A stretch of 63,253 nucleotides of DNA, counting the filler, from Polymyxa betae A26-41 (Eukaryota; Protista; Endomyxa: Phytomyxea), in NCBI GenBank assembly GCA_003693705.1. It is 6 parts of 6 records of this genome, joined end to end, with 100 filler letters (N's around TTAATTAATTAA, not from the genome) between each part and the next. Parts side by side here need not be neighbours in the genome. Positions count along the whole stretch, not along the records: positions 30,330 to 41,880 come from RBZT01000428.1; positions 41,981 to 48,369 come from RBZT01000799.1; positions 48,470 to 54,247 come from RBZT01000391.1; 3 more parts are not named here. One strand, written 5' to 3'. The position numbers and the translations under genes were made by a program. The notes beneath the pieces are model-generated. The model saw nothing but the letters and a program-made list of their open reading frames with translations. It did not search any database and was not told where the DNA came from. Positions within the stretch are counted from its first letter, which is position 1. Every line of letters begins with the position of its first letter. This document shows, one piece after another, positions 36,101 to 49,401 of this stretch.

Positions 36101-39100
36101 AAAGCCTATAGATCATTTAATGACACAACTCAAGAGAGTGAAGATGATCAGAATACGATCAAGAAGACCATTGATACAGAGACAATCTCGGGGAGGCCGC
36201 AGCTCTTTCTCCCCCACTGAAGCGGAACTATTTGCCCAAAGAGCCACTTCGATTTGTGCGCCCTCAAGTTTTTGAATTGTAAAAAATGAAATTTCAAGAA
36301 ACTGGAGTAGGAATCGCGACCTAGGGTTTTGGCGACAGATTGAGGCGAGATCGGTGCAAACAACCCTACTTTTGATGCTGGATGAATCACGATCTTGAGA
36401 TCTGAAATACGAATTTCTAGTAATACATCACACTCTTTACTTTATGTTATTGTTGTGTACATCTATCTATCATATGTTTTGGAGTAAGCGATCAACAAAT
36501 GGATTCGACTTCAAACTAATGAGGCAAACCATAACCCTAGCAATGATCATGTGACGAAATCCCCAGAAAATTGAGGATGGTCCAAATCTATTCCAGACTA
36601 CTTGATGTCGAATTGGTCAGATATATGATATAGATGAATTTTTGATTTCAAGCAGGACATATCATGAATATGATCGCGGGTGCACTCACGATCAAAACCT
36701 GATCCCAATCAACAATTCCAACATGAACGTGTAACGTATTTCAGCTGGGGCTTTTAGGTTTTTAGCTGGAACACGAATTCAACTAAGAAAGTTGGCGAAA
36801 TCGAATTGGTAGTAATAAATCCGATTCTTTTATGAATAAACACAACAGACACATTCTCGCAACAAACGCCGTGGATGTCGTGACTCAGCATCGTCGATGG
36901 TCAGGTCGTACTGGACCGGACTGGGTGTCACGACAGCAGCCAGTCAGAAAAGAGATACGCCTAAAACGTGATTTCTGTTGCATTTCAAATTCGGCCAACT
37001 CGCTGAGCTTTCAACGATTTTGGATAGACGAGTCATATATCATTGATGAGAATCCAAATTTCCACCATTCCAGCTCAACAGCTTCATTTGCAACTAAAAG
37101 AGAGCATTATCGAGCACGTTAATCTCCTCCTCAGAAATTTTTGGCAGAATCGGATCTACGTCTGATAGCTGAGAGGGATTCACAAAGTCAAACAGAGTGG
37201 AAGCACACTTTTGTTCGAAGTCGGCCATTTCAATCAAAGCAGAGCCTCTTTCTGTCTTCCGTTATGCGATGCAGCGGACCGTGTGCTTGAATTACCTCAT
37301 CAAGGGCCGAATCGTGGTCCGATGTTCGTGCGTAACTGGCAGAAACCGTTCGTTTGTGTCAGAGCAGCTCATCGTATTGTGGCAATCGAATAGACGCACG
37401 TAAATGAGGATCGAAAACTTGAATCGGAATCAAAGAATCCGCTGATTATATCCGGTCGTGCAGTTTTATCATTACCATGTCACGCGGATGATGGCGCTTT
37501 CTCAGCACTGATTTTAACACAGCATTGTAACTACAAGAGAGTCTCAGGGCCGGTTTTCTAACCACAACGTTTGAACAAGGATGTTATATACGCAGTACGT
37601 TATAAGGAGATAGATGATCAGCTGGGCCACCATTATAGGACAATCGGAAGGATGGAGTGTCGGGTTCGATTTCCTGTAGAATTGGACGGTTTTCTATCCT
37701 ACATTACAAAGACTCATCTATGTATTACAGAAAGGGCCCAGCAACGGATATATTCAATAAATCAGTGAAATATAGCTGGATCTGAACACCGAAAATGAAG
37801 CTCCTGAAGACTACAAAAAAGAGATGAACCAGCGTACTTGAGGAGTTATGCTATGGATTCAGAACCGCCCTTTGTTACCAACAAACTAGTCGAATCGAAT
37901 CCAAAAAAGAGGGTTGTAATCACGAAAAGGCTTTATTCAACCTTAAGAAAAAATAATCACCTGCATGAGACTCGATCTCTGAACTTGACACAACAGTTAC
38001 CAACCCGATAGTAACTTTGACAATCAGACTTTACGGCTGATTTCAATTCTGTTTCGGCATTTGGCATATACAAAAAGAGCACCTAAGAAAAACAACCTAA
38101 AAGCCCCTAAAAAGCCCTAAAAACGCAAGCTCGACAGTGGGCGCAACCCGCGTTGAGAAATTGTGCGTCCTCCAAGCGTGGAGAGAGATCACTTCTGCTC
38201 ATTGTTGGTTTGGAGATGTCGTCTGGTTTACCTTCTGCATGTTTATGGGCCTCTCTGCTCCACCTATCAGTTTATCCGGATAGTGACGGCGATGTCATCA
38301 TCGCTAGCGATGATGAAGATGAGACTCCGTTCGCCTTGTCGTTAGAAGATCACCCAGACAGACATCGTGCAATTCTACTTCCGAACAGTGGTTGCTTGTC
38401 CGAACTCCGAGAAGTTTCACTCGTTCCGACCTGCGCGTAGAACTCTCCTCTCTCGTATAGTCTATAGACAATGTTCGAGTCGAAACAATTGAATCATTTA
38501 TTGAACGAAAATTCTAGAGGAGGAGACAACCACCACCACAGTTGACCTGGCCGCAATTTTCGCATGCATCTGGATTTTGAATTTCAGCGGTGTGCTGCAA
38601 CTTCTGACTGAGTCTTCGAATGGGAGAGCGACTTGTCACCATTACATCTGAGGACGAAGGGGTCCTGTACACAGCCCGGTATCAACAGATTCGAAAATAA
38701 GCAAATATCTGCGATACCCATCATTGCCATTAACAAATGCTGCCATTAACATAAGCACAGCCAAAAGAAGGTGAGAAATTGACATTAGTTAAAATTTTTA
38801 AGATATTGACTTCGATGCCCAAACGCATATTAAATATTCACTGTAAAATGAAGCTTATGGGACCTTCTGACCTGTCCAAAAACACCGTGGTCACTCCGAA
38901 AACTGCGTGGCGTTTGCGTGGTACCGTAGGGTTGTGTGAGGTCGTCGTCGAAGGACAGCATCCCTTGGAGACAGCAGGCGAGCAGAGGCGGAGCCGGCCC
39001 GATGGGCCAGGGCCTTAATCCTGAGCCCAAGAAGCGACCTCTCTCTAGGGAATGCGAGAACCGCCAATGTGCGAAATTCGTTCTCGTCTTGTTATCTCGT

Positions 39101-41251
39101 CGTCGTTATGGTGATTTCGTCGTCGTAGTAGACCTTACAGTAGGCTATTTTGTTCGCGTCGAGCTTTATGCCGCACCCTTTCACGTCTTATCGTTTCGGT
39201 TTCAACATTGCGATGTTCTGTCCACGATCTGGGAAGCCGGACGGGCAGTGAGGGACCGAACCGATTGCCCCTCCAGCCAATCTTCCATCCAGCGGACGAT
39301 CAAAGAACAGCGGATACATCTGGCTGGCTCCAAGATCGGTGCAGAAAAGCGCCGACGTTCCGGACGCCGTGCGACGACGATCAATCCAGCTCTGTCCAAA
39401 ATTCAGGTCATCGCATTCCCACGGGTATAAAGTTCAGAGGAGCCCCGGTTAATGTTGTCTTTATGCTCGACTCGTCGTATGAAACAGTTGTGACAGGCCT
39501 ACAAGAATTGCTGTTCCCATACTAAAAACATATGATTGCTTATTATTTGCTTGCAACAGCTGAGGGTGCCTTAATCATCCTGGAAAGGGATGGCTTGTCC
39601 GTCAAGAGTGAGACGAATCTGCATCAGACAATCAGTATTTATCAGAAAATGACTTTAATGATGTCTGGGCGAGTGCCTACTCTACCTCATCAGTACTCTC
39701 CTGGGTCCTACTAATAGGGCCGATCGAGATAGAGATGAACATAACTGGGTGAAATGAAGAACCGATTCGAAATTGGATGTAGAAACACTGATAGATATTA
39801 TGGCCAGACGCCTGAGTACTATCAGCCTTGCGTTTCGGATAGAGCGCCGCCTGTTGAACAAAATCAACGAGCTAGAATAATCCAATCCAATCCACTCTAA
39901 TGATGTCTCAAGAGCGGATGTAGAGGCTGGAATGTAGTACAGAAGGAAACCCTATCACCAACTTTCTTCCAATTACGCTCTCGAATAACGGGAACGGATT
40001 CTCATTATCGCTTTTATCATGCCCAGCATTCGGTGATACGAATTCTCTAAAGTTCAAGGAGATTTATGATCTGGCGAAAGCCGATGTGGCGGTCACTCAT
40101 CAATCAGTTTCAATACTCGGCCGATTTCACCTGGCCGCTAAGAATTGGACCGAATGTTTTCTGTAAGATTTTGATGTTCCAAACATGGAGGATCCAACAT
40201 CTGATGGGCAATACAAAACTGTTTACAGAAATACATTGTTTCCTTATGTTTTCAAACAATCCTCTGTGGTTTTCAAAGTCGCAACGGATTCTCATGATGA
40301 TCAATTGGCTTTAAATTTCAGGGCCGTCCCAATGGCTGCCCTCAGCAGCGCTGCTTCCGAGGCATTCAATTCCAATCTTCCCAAAGATTACCACATTTCA
40401 TTCTGCGAGTGTGTAATTTTGATATAAATCTTTGATGCAAACTCACCTTTAGAACACGCTCAAGTGTTCGCAAAGAAATGGTTTCAGCGTACGTCTTCTG
40501 CAGATGTTAAACAATGTCCTTTAACGGAATGTTGCGCTTGATAAGATTTTAACGTCACTGATCAACTCAGAGCTTCTCTCAAAAGCCGAATATTACATTG
40601 GTCGATCAAATCCATGAGTTTTTATCCATCGCTGTGGGGTCCAGATAGAGATATCTGTGTAATAGTGTAGTCTAAGGCTTTCTAAGATCTCTTTGTTCCT
40701 GTGACCTGCATCAAGTTGATGCTGGACGAAGTCAAGTACCTACTGTGTCAGCATCGAGAGCTAAGGGGCAGATGGCGTCTCCCGGGACGACGAGATAACC
40801 AGACAAAAACGAATTAAGTGGGGAAAGGGTTTCTGTCTGTCGACGGATGCGCAGCCTCCCATCCGTCGGCGGACAGAATTGTGCGCAGCCGTTGGGATCT
40901 CCTCTAGGTTCGATATTATCCATGTGGAGGATTGCACATGCCTTTGGATGGGATAAGAGGAATCGCATCCTGAAAGTCGGCGATGAGAAGCTTGCAATTT
41001 CGCAATAGGATGTGAGCTTCAGGTTGCTGTCACCCCTAAGTCTCAAAACAATTCACTTCACTTATGAGCAAGATCGACAAAAACGCTTTTTATCACCTGT
41101 GTAACAGTTGAATTATGAAGTGGAAAGTTATTTTAGCAGCTTTAAAACAGCAAGTATTTCTCTTTCGTCATTTCTGTTGTCTAAAGGCTACGTGATTGCA
41201 GTTTTACAGTAATCCAATCCAATCTATTTTATTCATTTTAACGTATGGGAT

Positions 41252-41844
41252 AGCATCTCCACCGCGTCGGGTCTATTCTAAGGTCTATTCGAGATTTTCT
41301 GCGCCACGGAGTTAAAATAGACCAGCTTTATATAGATCGCCACACCGCTCCCAATCGCCCGCGATCTATTGTACGTTCAAATATACAAATGGATCCGATA
41401 ATCGGGTAATGGTTTGAACAAGAACGACGTGATAATAGAGTGGATGATGATCTGGTTGAGGCCCGGATGTTCNNCACAGACGTGATTTTGAAGACGGGTT
41501 CCAGCGAATCTTCAAGATTATTGCGCAGAGAATCCGGTTTATAGAACAAAAGTGTTTCGGAGACGTTTCGCTATGCTTGGTGAGCGTTTTTTTTAGAAAA
41601 ATGGATCGTGTTAGGACCCAGAACTCTTGGCTCAAAAAAAACAATCAACAAAAATACAGTCGAGAAGAATTGAACTCCCGTCATGTCGTTCACGCAACTC
41701 CGTAGACCTTCGAATAGCCAGCGGTCTGTTTCCTGCAAAAATAGACCGGTCTATTTAATAGATAGACTATAGACCCGCGGTGGGGCATTCCGTGACGGGT
41801 CTATATTCATTAGACCTCGGAATAGACCCGCGGTGGAGATGCTC
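41252..41844. mobile_element. PIF/Harbinger (Tourist-like) non-autonomous element, ~590 bp
   Basis: TIRs agcatctccaccgcg..gggtctatt and aatagacccgcggtggagatgctc, followed by TAA. Subterminal aatagacc/ggtctatt repeats. Confidence 0.85.
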
Positions 41845-41880
41845 TAAAAACGCCTTTTGTCAGCTTCTGTATTTGCACTG

Positions 41881-41980
41881 NNNNNNNNNNNNNNNNNNNN
41901 NNNNNNNNNNNNNNNNNNNNNNNNTTAATTAATTAANNNNNNNNNNNNNNNNNNNNNNNNNNNNNNNNNNNNNNNNNNNN
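41881..41980. other. Artificial contig linker
   Basis: N44-TTAATTAATTAA-N44. Confidence 0.98.
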
Positions 41981-43289
41981 GAAGGGGAGAATGCAACTGT
42001 AGAGAGGGCTGCTGCGCTTTGCTTGGCTCAAGTTCTTTCTCTCTGTTTGGATTTTGCCGGCCGACTTTGTTTTATGGTAACAGGAGCGGAGATAAAAAGA
42101 GAGACCGAGACGGGTCAGTACCAGCCCCGGCGTTCCGGCGCAGAGAATCAAGATTGGGCCGAACGACTGGTACGACCTACGACTGGATCATACAGCTCAC
42201 AGCTGTTTGATGTCGGTTCCAGTGTAGAGTCCGTGGCGGACTTCTTAAGCCCAGTGTAACGAAACACGCTTCAATATTGACAAAAATTGTCGAGCGCTTT
42301 CAAACAATAAAGCAAAAGCCAGATTTCAAGCAAATCTATTTTGGTGATGGAGTTTTAGCATTGCAAAGCTGATAGAGTATCGGATGCATCGAAAACCCTT
42401 ATAAACAAGTCGCACTGCATTTTTGTCTACGCAGATAATGTTCGGTGCAGTCACGCATTTTTGGAAATGGCGGGTTTCTGTTATTTGCGCAGTGATTCGC
42501 TTATACCTCGGTTTGAGAGAGCGGTTTTGAGTCTTATTCGGGCTCTTTCTCTCTCCCTGATCCAATGCCAAGAAGGACCAAGCAGCTTTGGCATATCTCC
42601 AAGGTGGCGGATGTTAGGGGGCAGCACCTCCGAGCGAATCCGCTCCTTGCTCGCCCATGGTTGCGACTCGGACAGTGATGATCAGGAATACTTCATAGTA
42701 GAGCACGAATGCTTTCAAAACAATTGGATGCTGTATATTCGAACGTCATTCGATGGTTGATGGCGCTGATGACATTTTCGCAAGCTTTACACAGGTGTCA
42801 GATGCAACTAAGGCGGTTAGTCCAAGAGTCACCTTTTTTTCAATCTTTCTCTCCCGTGTGTGTACTTCGCTCCTGAAGCGGATGCGCCCATTGGAGCGGA
42901 TTGGTTTGGTCTAGAATCGAGTCACGTTCTACCAAACCCATTGCAGCCTGCTTTATGGTAACGTTACCGCCTATCGCAGTCTTCAAGGTGATTCCAATCA
43001 AATTTAACATCAATCTTAGACATAAATTCTTGACTATAGCCTCATCATGTATTAGGATGTAGGCTGCTTCGCTATCAACATGATGACATGTGATCGTATC
43101 TCAAATAGATGAGACATGCCACTAGGGTCGTTCGTCCAAAGTCATCTATGTTTCAATCCATCTTAAAAGCTCGTCCCGTGTGTGTATTTTACTCCGGAAG
43201 CTAATGTACCCATTGGTTCGGATGTGGCTGCCGTTTAAAGTCTAGTCGCGCTGAACTAAACCCATCTCAGCGTCCACTATCGATTAGAC

Positions 43290-43456
43290 GCGGCCGCCTG
43301 CTTTAAACCATATATCGCTTTCTTTAACTTGCACACCATCAGCTTCCCGCTGTGGTCACGAATTTCGAAGCCCTAAGACTGTTCTAAGTAAATCTCCTGG
43401 TCCAGGTCACGATATAGGTAAGCACTATCGACGTTCACTCGCCGAAGCTCCATGTC
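43290..43456 (-). mobile_element. Ty1/Copia reverse transcriptase fragment
   Basis: DMELRRVNVDSAYLYRDLDQEIYLEQS*GFEIRDHSGKLMVCKLKKAIYGLKQAA. Confidence 0.9.
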
Positions 43457-43579
43457 CTTATTCGAAGCTATATTGGGGGCTGTCTCTTTCGTTTTCTAAT
43501 GGGACAGAGTGTATTTCAAAAAACTCCAACTGCTTTACAGATTCGCCACGAAGAAGTGCATAATGGGATATAAAGAAAG

Positions 43580-43960
43580 GACACTCCAACTTGGGGCCAA
43601 AATGGATAAGGTCCCCCTGAAACAACAGGGCATCCCCGGCATCGAACACTCCCGTGGACTTAGCAGGTCTGGCGAGCTTTAAAATCTCATCACCATAGAA
43701 CTCGCCCTCCATCATTAATGGCGCGAACCGCTGATAGACGGCTTTTCTCTGGGCCTCACAGTCGATTCGGTGTTCAGAGTTTACCGATATCGGTTCGTAA
43801 TTTAGGGGAGGCCCTTTCTGATGTCTGCATTCTAAAACCCTAGTATATGGGAATCCATCAATTAGTGCGATTAGAACCCTGAGTTTTCAGCATACTGCAT
43901 GCGGTTGAGGGGCTTCCTCTGATTGCTCTTGTGAACAGTTGGATATCGACGCGGGAGAGG
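43580..43960 (-). pseudogene. 2OG-Fe(II) dioxygenase-like remnant, copy 2
   Basis: APQPHAVC*KLRVLIALIDGFPYTRVL...YQRFAPLMMEG...FDAGDALLFQGDLIHFGP; aligns with 20706-20870. Confidence 0.65.
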
Positions 43961-45479
43961 GTTCTAAAGCTGAACGTAAAACAACAACCATAATTTCTGG
44001 CAGGCCTTTTAATGGGTGATCTATTGATACTAGGTGAGAGGGCTGCGAGAGAAACAAGTGTGTATAGTGCCTACCTGATTAGGGCTGCCAGGAGCCTTGT
44101 ACAATACCTCTACAGCATCGCCCAGTGTATAGGTCTGGCTTGGGAAGACCGATTTGAACAGCGGTTCGAAATGCTGATGCGACAGCTTTGTTAATGCCGC
44201 CCGCACTGCCTTTGGCAGCGTGCGCAATGAGAATGGCTTGAGAAGTGAGACCTGTGTTTGGGTTAGAGGGATGTGCTGTTCAGATGCAGATGATCACGTT
44301 GGTGTTGATCAAGCTTGGAGAGCTTAGTACGAAGACGAAATGTCGTTCGCAACACCTCTAGCTGTTGAGCGCTTAGTGCAGCTGGCAATAAAACATACCC
44401 GTCATTGGCTAGTGCTTGCGATCTGACACTATAAGGACAGATCAGAATTACACTGCGAAATAGTAGTAGGTCTCACTTACGATACAGGAACGATTGTGAT
44501 GAAGGATCTATTCTACAAAGATATCATCAGAAAAATTATTTGGGGGAACGATAATATTTTTGGCTTTACATTTGAGGATTGGTTAACTGATCCTTAGGGC
44601 CTTAGGGTAGAGTTTTGGTTGTTTTGGTATTCGCTCCAGTCTAAATTTAAGTGAGTCCGGGTTACGATAAACCAAGTTGTTTGCATACGGGTGGTTGGAT
44701 GGTCTAGGCTGATCCCGATCAGTTGTTGGTGGACTACCGGAAGGTCTGACGGTAACAGCATCAGAATAACCAAAGGATCAAAGTCGAACAATCGAGATTG
44801 CTCCACTATTTTGAAATACTGAAGAAACGGGGATACCTTCAGGACGATCGAAAACGTCCAGCTGGGGGTTGGCCGGAGACATGGGATCACAGCGATCCAG
44901 TCCTGATCTGGTAAGTTCTCTGGTACTGACAATCTCATTGTGATGCTCGAATTTTTCCGTAAGATCCCTGAATTGTAAAAATCAGCAAGATTTTAACAAC
45001 AAAATTTTCGATGTGTTTACTTGATGGTTATAGGGATTTTAGTGTCAGACAACAGACATCGCTTGTTAGACAGGCAAGGATCCTGCGCTGAGAGATGTTA
45101 GAGCAAAACTTTTTAAATGAAAATACAAATGATACGATAAAAGGCAAAAAATAACAGTAAACAAAGCTGAAAGTAAAAGATTACTGGTCGGTTGAGCTCG
45201 AGCAGCTTGTCTTTTTCGCTCATTAAAGCGACCTCTAACGGCTTGCACAGTGTATGTCCTGATGCCCAGCGAAAGATGGTTCATCATTTCGGCGATCGCA
45301 GGCCAGTGACGACAGCGAACTCGGAAACATTCGTCAAGCGCGGCGTCTTCGTCGGCGGTCCAAGACAGAGAGGCATTAGTGAGGATGAATCGGATTTGAG
45401 GTCAAAACCTCCGTTCGCAATAAATTGCCCACAATCCGATTAAGGAAGTGCGTGACTGCATCTGAAGTATTTGCAGAGA

Positions 45480-45765
45480 GTGTTGAAAGGTGTTGAAGAT
45501 TGTTGAGGATTGTTGAAGATTGTTGAGGATTGTTGAGGATTGTAGAAAAGTGTTGAAGAGTTTTGAGGATTGCTGAAGAATGTTGAGGATTGTTGAAAAG
45601 TGTTGAAGAGTTTTGAGGATTGCTGAAGAATGTTGAGGATTGTTGAAAAGTGTTGAAGAGTTTTGAGGATTGCTGAAGAATGTTGAGGATTGTTGAAAAG
45701 TGTTGAAGAGTTTTGAAGAGTGTTGAAAAGTGTTGAAGAGTTTTGAAGAGTGTTGAAAAGTGTGG
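45480..45765. repeat. 10-bp-unit minisatellite with a 50-bp higher-order period
   Basis: tgttgaagag/ttttgaggat/tgctgaagaa/tgttgaggat/tgttgaaaag cycled about 3 times, plus simpler flanking units. Confidence 0.95.
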
Positions 45766-45949
45766 AAACAGAGTGGACCGGGGCCTCAAGAACAACAATT
45801 GCAACAGCCAAGGATTTTTTGATTTTGACAGATTCTGGTCAGGTTTGAACCGTCGTAGCGACGGCATGGATGTTCGGACTGTTGGCTGAAAACATTCATT
45901 CGACAGACTTTTTCCAAAGCTTTCCAAGTACATCAGGTTTTATGTATTT

Positions 45950-47558
45950 TTATAACATAGATGTCGAGTAGAATCCGTTTTCTGGCCTTTTGGACACCAT
46001 ATCACCACTCTGGTTGATATGATACCAAAGCGATACCCTTTCAGTAATACGGTTTCTATCAGACCCATATCGTGGTGGTTCAAACAATCTAGAATTTCGC
46101 TTCAGATGAAGGGATTTATAAGTGTATATTATGTACATTTTGTGACCACGTGCTTCTTCCAATCTTCATCCCATTCATTGAGGATTGCCAAATACAGTGA
46201 TCCCTTCGTCTCGAGAATTTCCATGGAAAGCCGTTGTTATGAAGTAACGAAACAGACACTTTACTTCCCCTCCCTGCTCTGCGTGGTCTGATAAATCGAT
46301 CCATTTCCTTTTTGATGTCTAAAGGAATTCAAGCATATCAGGATCATATTCCGCATCATCGGGATCATGAGCAAGATTGGCGGCACTGCGTCTCGTTCGG
46401 CTAGTCCAGTTGTACAAATCGCACCGGATCCGGGATGAATGTTCCTGCCAACCGGCATTCAGGCCGTAGAAATGCCACATTTCATCATGCGGATGCGATC
46501 GACCTCCCGTTGCAGACCTGGTTTCGTTTAAAGATTCGTTTTGGGCAGTTTCGTCATCGTAGATGCCAGCTTGAAAATACCCTACCAGTTGATATCTCCA
46601 TTCTTTGAATGTTGGGGCCCAGATAAGCTTCCAGACCTTTCCAGCAGAACAAATCCAAATCATGGAGCACTCTGACAGCATCGAAGATGTTGTGCGCGTT
46701 TTCGATACGGTATTCGATACGATAGCAATGAATTCTTCGTAGATCATTGTTCGTGAGCTTTTTTAACAGTTCATGGGCAATCATCTCCTGACCCTTCCCT
46801 TGATTCAAAAAAAAATTCCCTGGTCGTGACGGCCAAATGGGAGCACCTTTTGGAGGCCTTTACAAACCGCGCGATCTCTGGGTAAATGCAGGTCCTAACT
46901 CCTGCCAATCCAGGATCGGTGAATTGGAATTCCAGAGAACTAGCCTCTTTACCAGCACTCAAATGCATTGAATGAACTTTTATACCTTTAATCTTGTCTG
47001 AGGGAAGAAGCCCAAATACCAGCATTTTTAAACCTTCCATGTGATGCCAAGATCCACCATTGTGTTAGGCCCGTGCAACGGCGGTTCGTCGACAAACACA
47101 TCGCCTAACAGCGAGCGGAAATGGGCCAGATCTTGTTTTCTGTTATACGAAATGTAAACTCTAACCTGGCTAATTTTAAGGGCATCGAAAACGTCAGTAA
47201 ATTGCAACTTGGAGCAAGCCCATAGAGAGATATTACGCAACAGGCTTAATGTAGGTTGATGCAATCTCAGTACCAGCATTCCGCTTTCGTTTGCGTTTTG
47301 GTTGCCCATTAGACTGCTGGACCTTCTCCAGTGTGTGCGCCCTCGTAAAAGAATGACCAGATCAAATAAATGGTTTTGAATTCTGAGAATTTGCGGCTCG
47401 GACGGTCTCTTTGCTGCTATATGCATTCTTCCAGTGAATAAACACATCCGCTCCCTTCGATTTTCCGGGTAGGGCTCCGATCGGGTCGGGTTCGGGTCGA
47501 TTCCTGGTAGTACCCGAATCAGTTCTAACAATCTTTTCTGTAATAGATAAGATCTCAT
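45950..47558 (-). pseudogene. Frameshifted ~1.6-kb intronless ORF of unknown family
   Basis: Overlapping ORFs 47558-47028, 47040-46771, 46808-46554 and 46747-46319 tile the region. One junction falls at a homopolymer run near 46807. Confidence 0.55.
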
Positions 47559-47734
47559 TATTGACTGTTTTTTAAAACATCAACGCATTCAAACCCTCCG
47601 GGGTCAGTGAGTGACGTCGAAATCCAATTACATCCCGTCCGGTGTTGAAAATACGTATATACGCTCAACAGAAACGGGAAGACTCCCGAATAGAAAGAAA
47701 CCTGGGAACGACAATGAGGACAACCACAGTCACT

Positions 47735-48369
47735 AAATTCTCGTAGTAGTCGATCGGGCCTCCAAGATGAGCCACTTCATCGCTTGTACAGAAAACCTGT
47801 CGTCGCCCGCGCTGGCGGAATTGATGATTCGTCATGTCTTTCGGCTTCATGGACTGCCCGATGAAATAATTTCGGATCGTGGACAGCAGATGGTGGCGAA
47901 GTTCTGGAAACACATTCTGGAAAGATTGCGGATCCAACGAAAGCTATCCACAGCGAGGCATCCTCAAACGAATGGGCAAACGGAAAGAATCAATCAGCTC
48001 CTAGAACAGTATTTGCGGGCGTTCGTCACTTTCCAGCAGGACGACTGGGAAGACTGGTTAGCTCTTGCCGAATTTCATTACAACGATACCGAGCACAGCG
48101 CTACAAAGATGACGCCCTTCTTCGCGAACTATGGGTTCCATCCCAGAAGCATTGAGGTGCCAGGCGAGGGGAAGACGTTATCGATCCCCACTGCTGATGA
48201 AAAGGCTAATTACATGAAGAGGATTCGAGCTTTCCTGACGGGGCAGCTTCCAAAAGCATCCGAAAGAGCGAAGAAGTCGGCGGACAGGAATCGAGAGCCG
48301 AACCCCAGCTACGCCGTCGGGGATTGGGTACTATTACGCTGTAGCAATTTATTGTGCCATCAGCCGCTT
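47735..48369 (+). mobile_element. Ty3/Gypsy integrase core, truncated at both ends
   Basis: ILVVVDRASKMSHF..VFRLHGLPDEIISDRG..STARHPQTNGQTERINQLLEQYLR..AEFHYN..HSATKMTPFFANYGFHP..YAVGDWVLL. Confidence 0.97.
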
Positions 48370-48469
48370 NNNNNNNNNNNNNNNNNNNNNNNNNNNNNNN
48401 NNNNNNNNNNNNNTTAATTAATTAANNNNNNNNNNNNNNNNNNNNNNNNNNNNNNNNNNNNNNNNNNNN
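48370..48469. other. Artificial contig linker
   Basis: N44-TTAATTAATTAA-N44. Confidence 0.98.
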
Positions 48470-48795
48470 TTCTGGACATTTTCAGCGTCTTTCTGGTGAC
48501 TCTCCCAATTACAAGAACCTCCTCCCCTCTACAATGACATGAAACTTCCCAGCAATAACATGTTAGTATTTGATTAATGTGCAGCAGCTGACAAAACAAC
48601 AACTTCAAATAGGCAGCTGCGAATTCCAGATTTTGTGAATATATCAACAGTACCAAATGGCCTCCTCTGCGGCCTTCATAAAACAACTTTATGGATCTAT
48701 AAACGTTTGGCGATTGAACTCTCCTACGAGGCTTGGTAGCGGATTTACAAAATGGGAGGCTGAAATGAGAAAAACGTTTATTGCAGCAGTGTAGT

Positions 48796-49401
48796 TTAGG
48801 GCTGTTTCCAAAGACGTTCAGCGACTGTTCGGGTTTCATCAAGATAATGGGTAATTCCAGAGCTTTCAAGCACTGACTCGCTAGACTTCTTTACATGGAG
48901 CCGAGAGAATCCAGCTCCAAGGTTGTCGTAGAATTTCTTGGATAATTCACCGTCTTTGAAGAAGACGGTCCTAACGTGATCAAGGTGATGCCATGCCACA
49001 ACATAATCACAGCCTTTACGAGCATTAGCTCCAATAATCCAGCATTTGCTGTTATCGATTGTCTTAAATGGCACAATCTGTACAGTTTCCATAGCACGTA
49101 AATGTCCATCATTGAATAATTGAGCAAACCACGATCCGAACACATCCACAGCTTTAAGAGTATCGTCAAACTGACTTCCAATTCCGTCTTGGCCAAGATC
49201 GGAATTGGTCGTCATATCTTTGTACAGACGATAATCGTTCGAATTCATCCATCGTTCACGAATCTGAGAGAGCACGTTGCTGAACTGAAACTTGACGAAG
49301 ACCCCACTCTGATGCCATGCGTGGCCTGGGGGGGAGGTCGAATACCGCGAACCGCCGTCACGGTCTATTGCTATGTTTAAATATAGACTCGCCGCCGTCA
49401 C
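48796..49401 (-). pseudogene. 201-codon open stretch within a longer decayed coding region; unknown product
   Basis: Globular-looking composition, no ATG start, flanked by in-frame stops. Confidence 0.4.

Noticed and set aside
45376-45933. 185-aa and 123-aa repetitive ORFs
   Set aside because: They are translations of a stop-free strand of a 10-bp-unit minisatellite.
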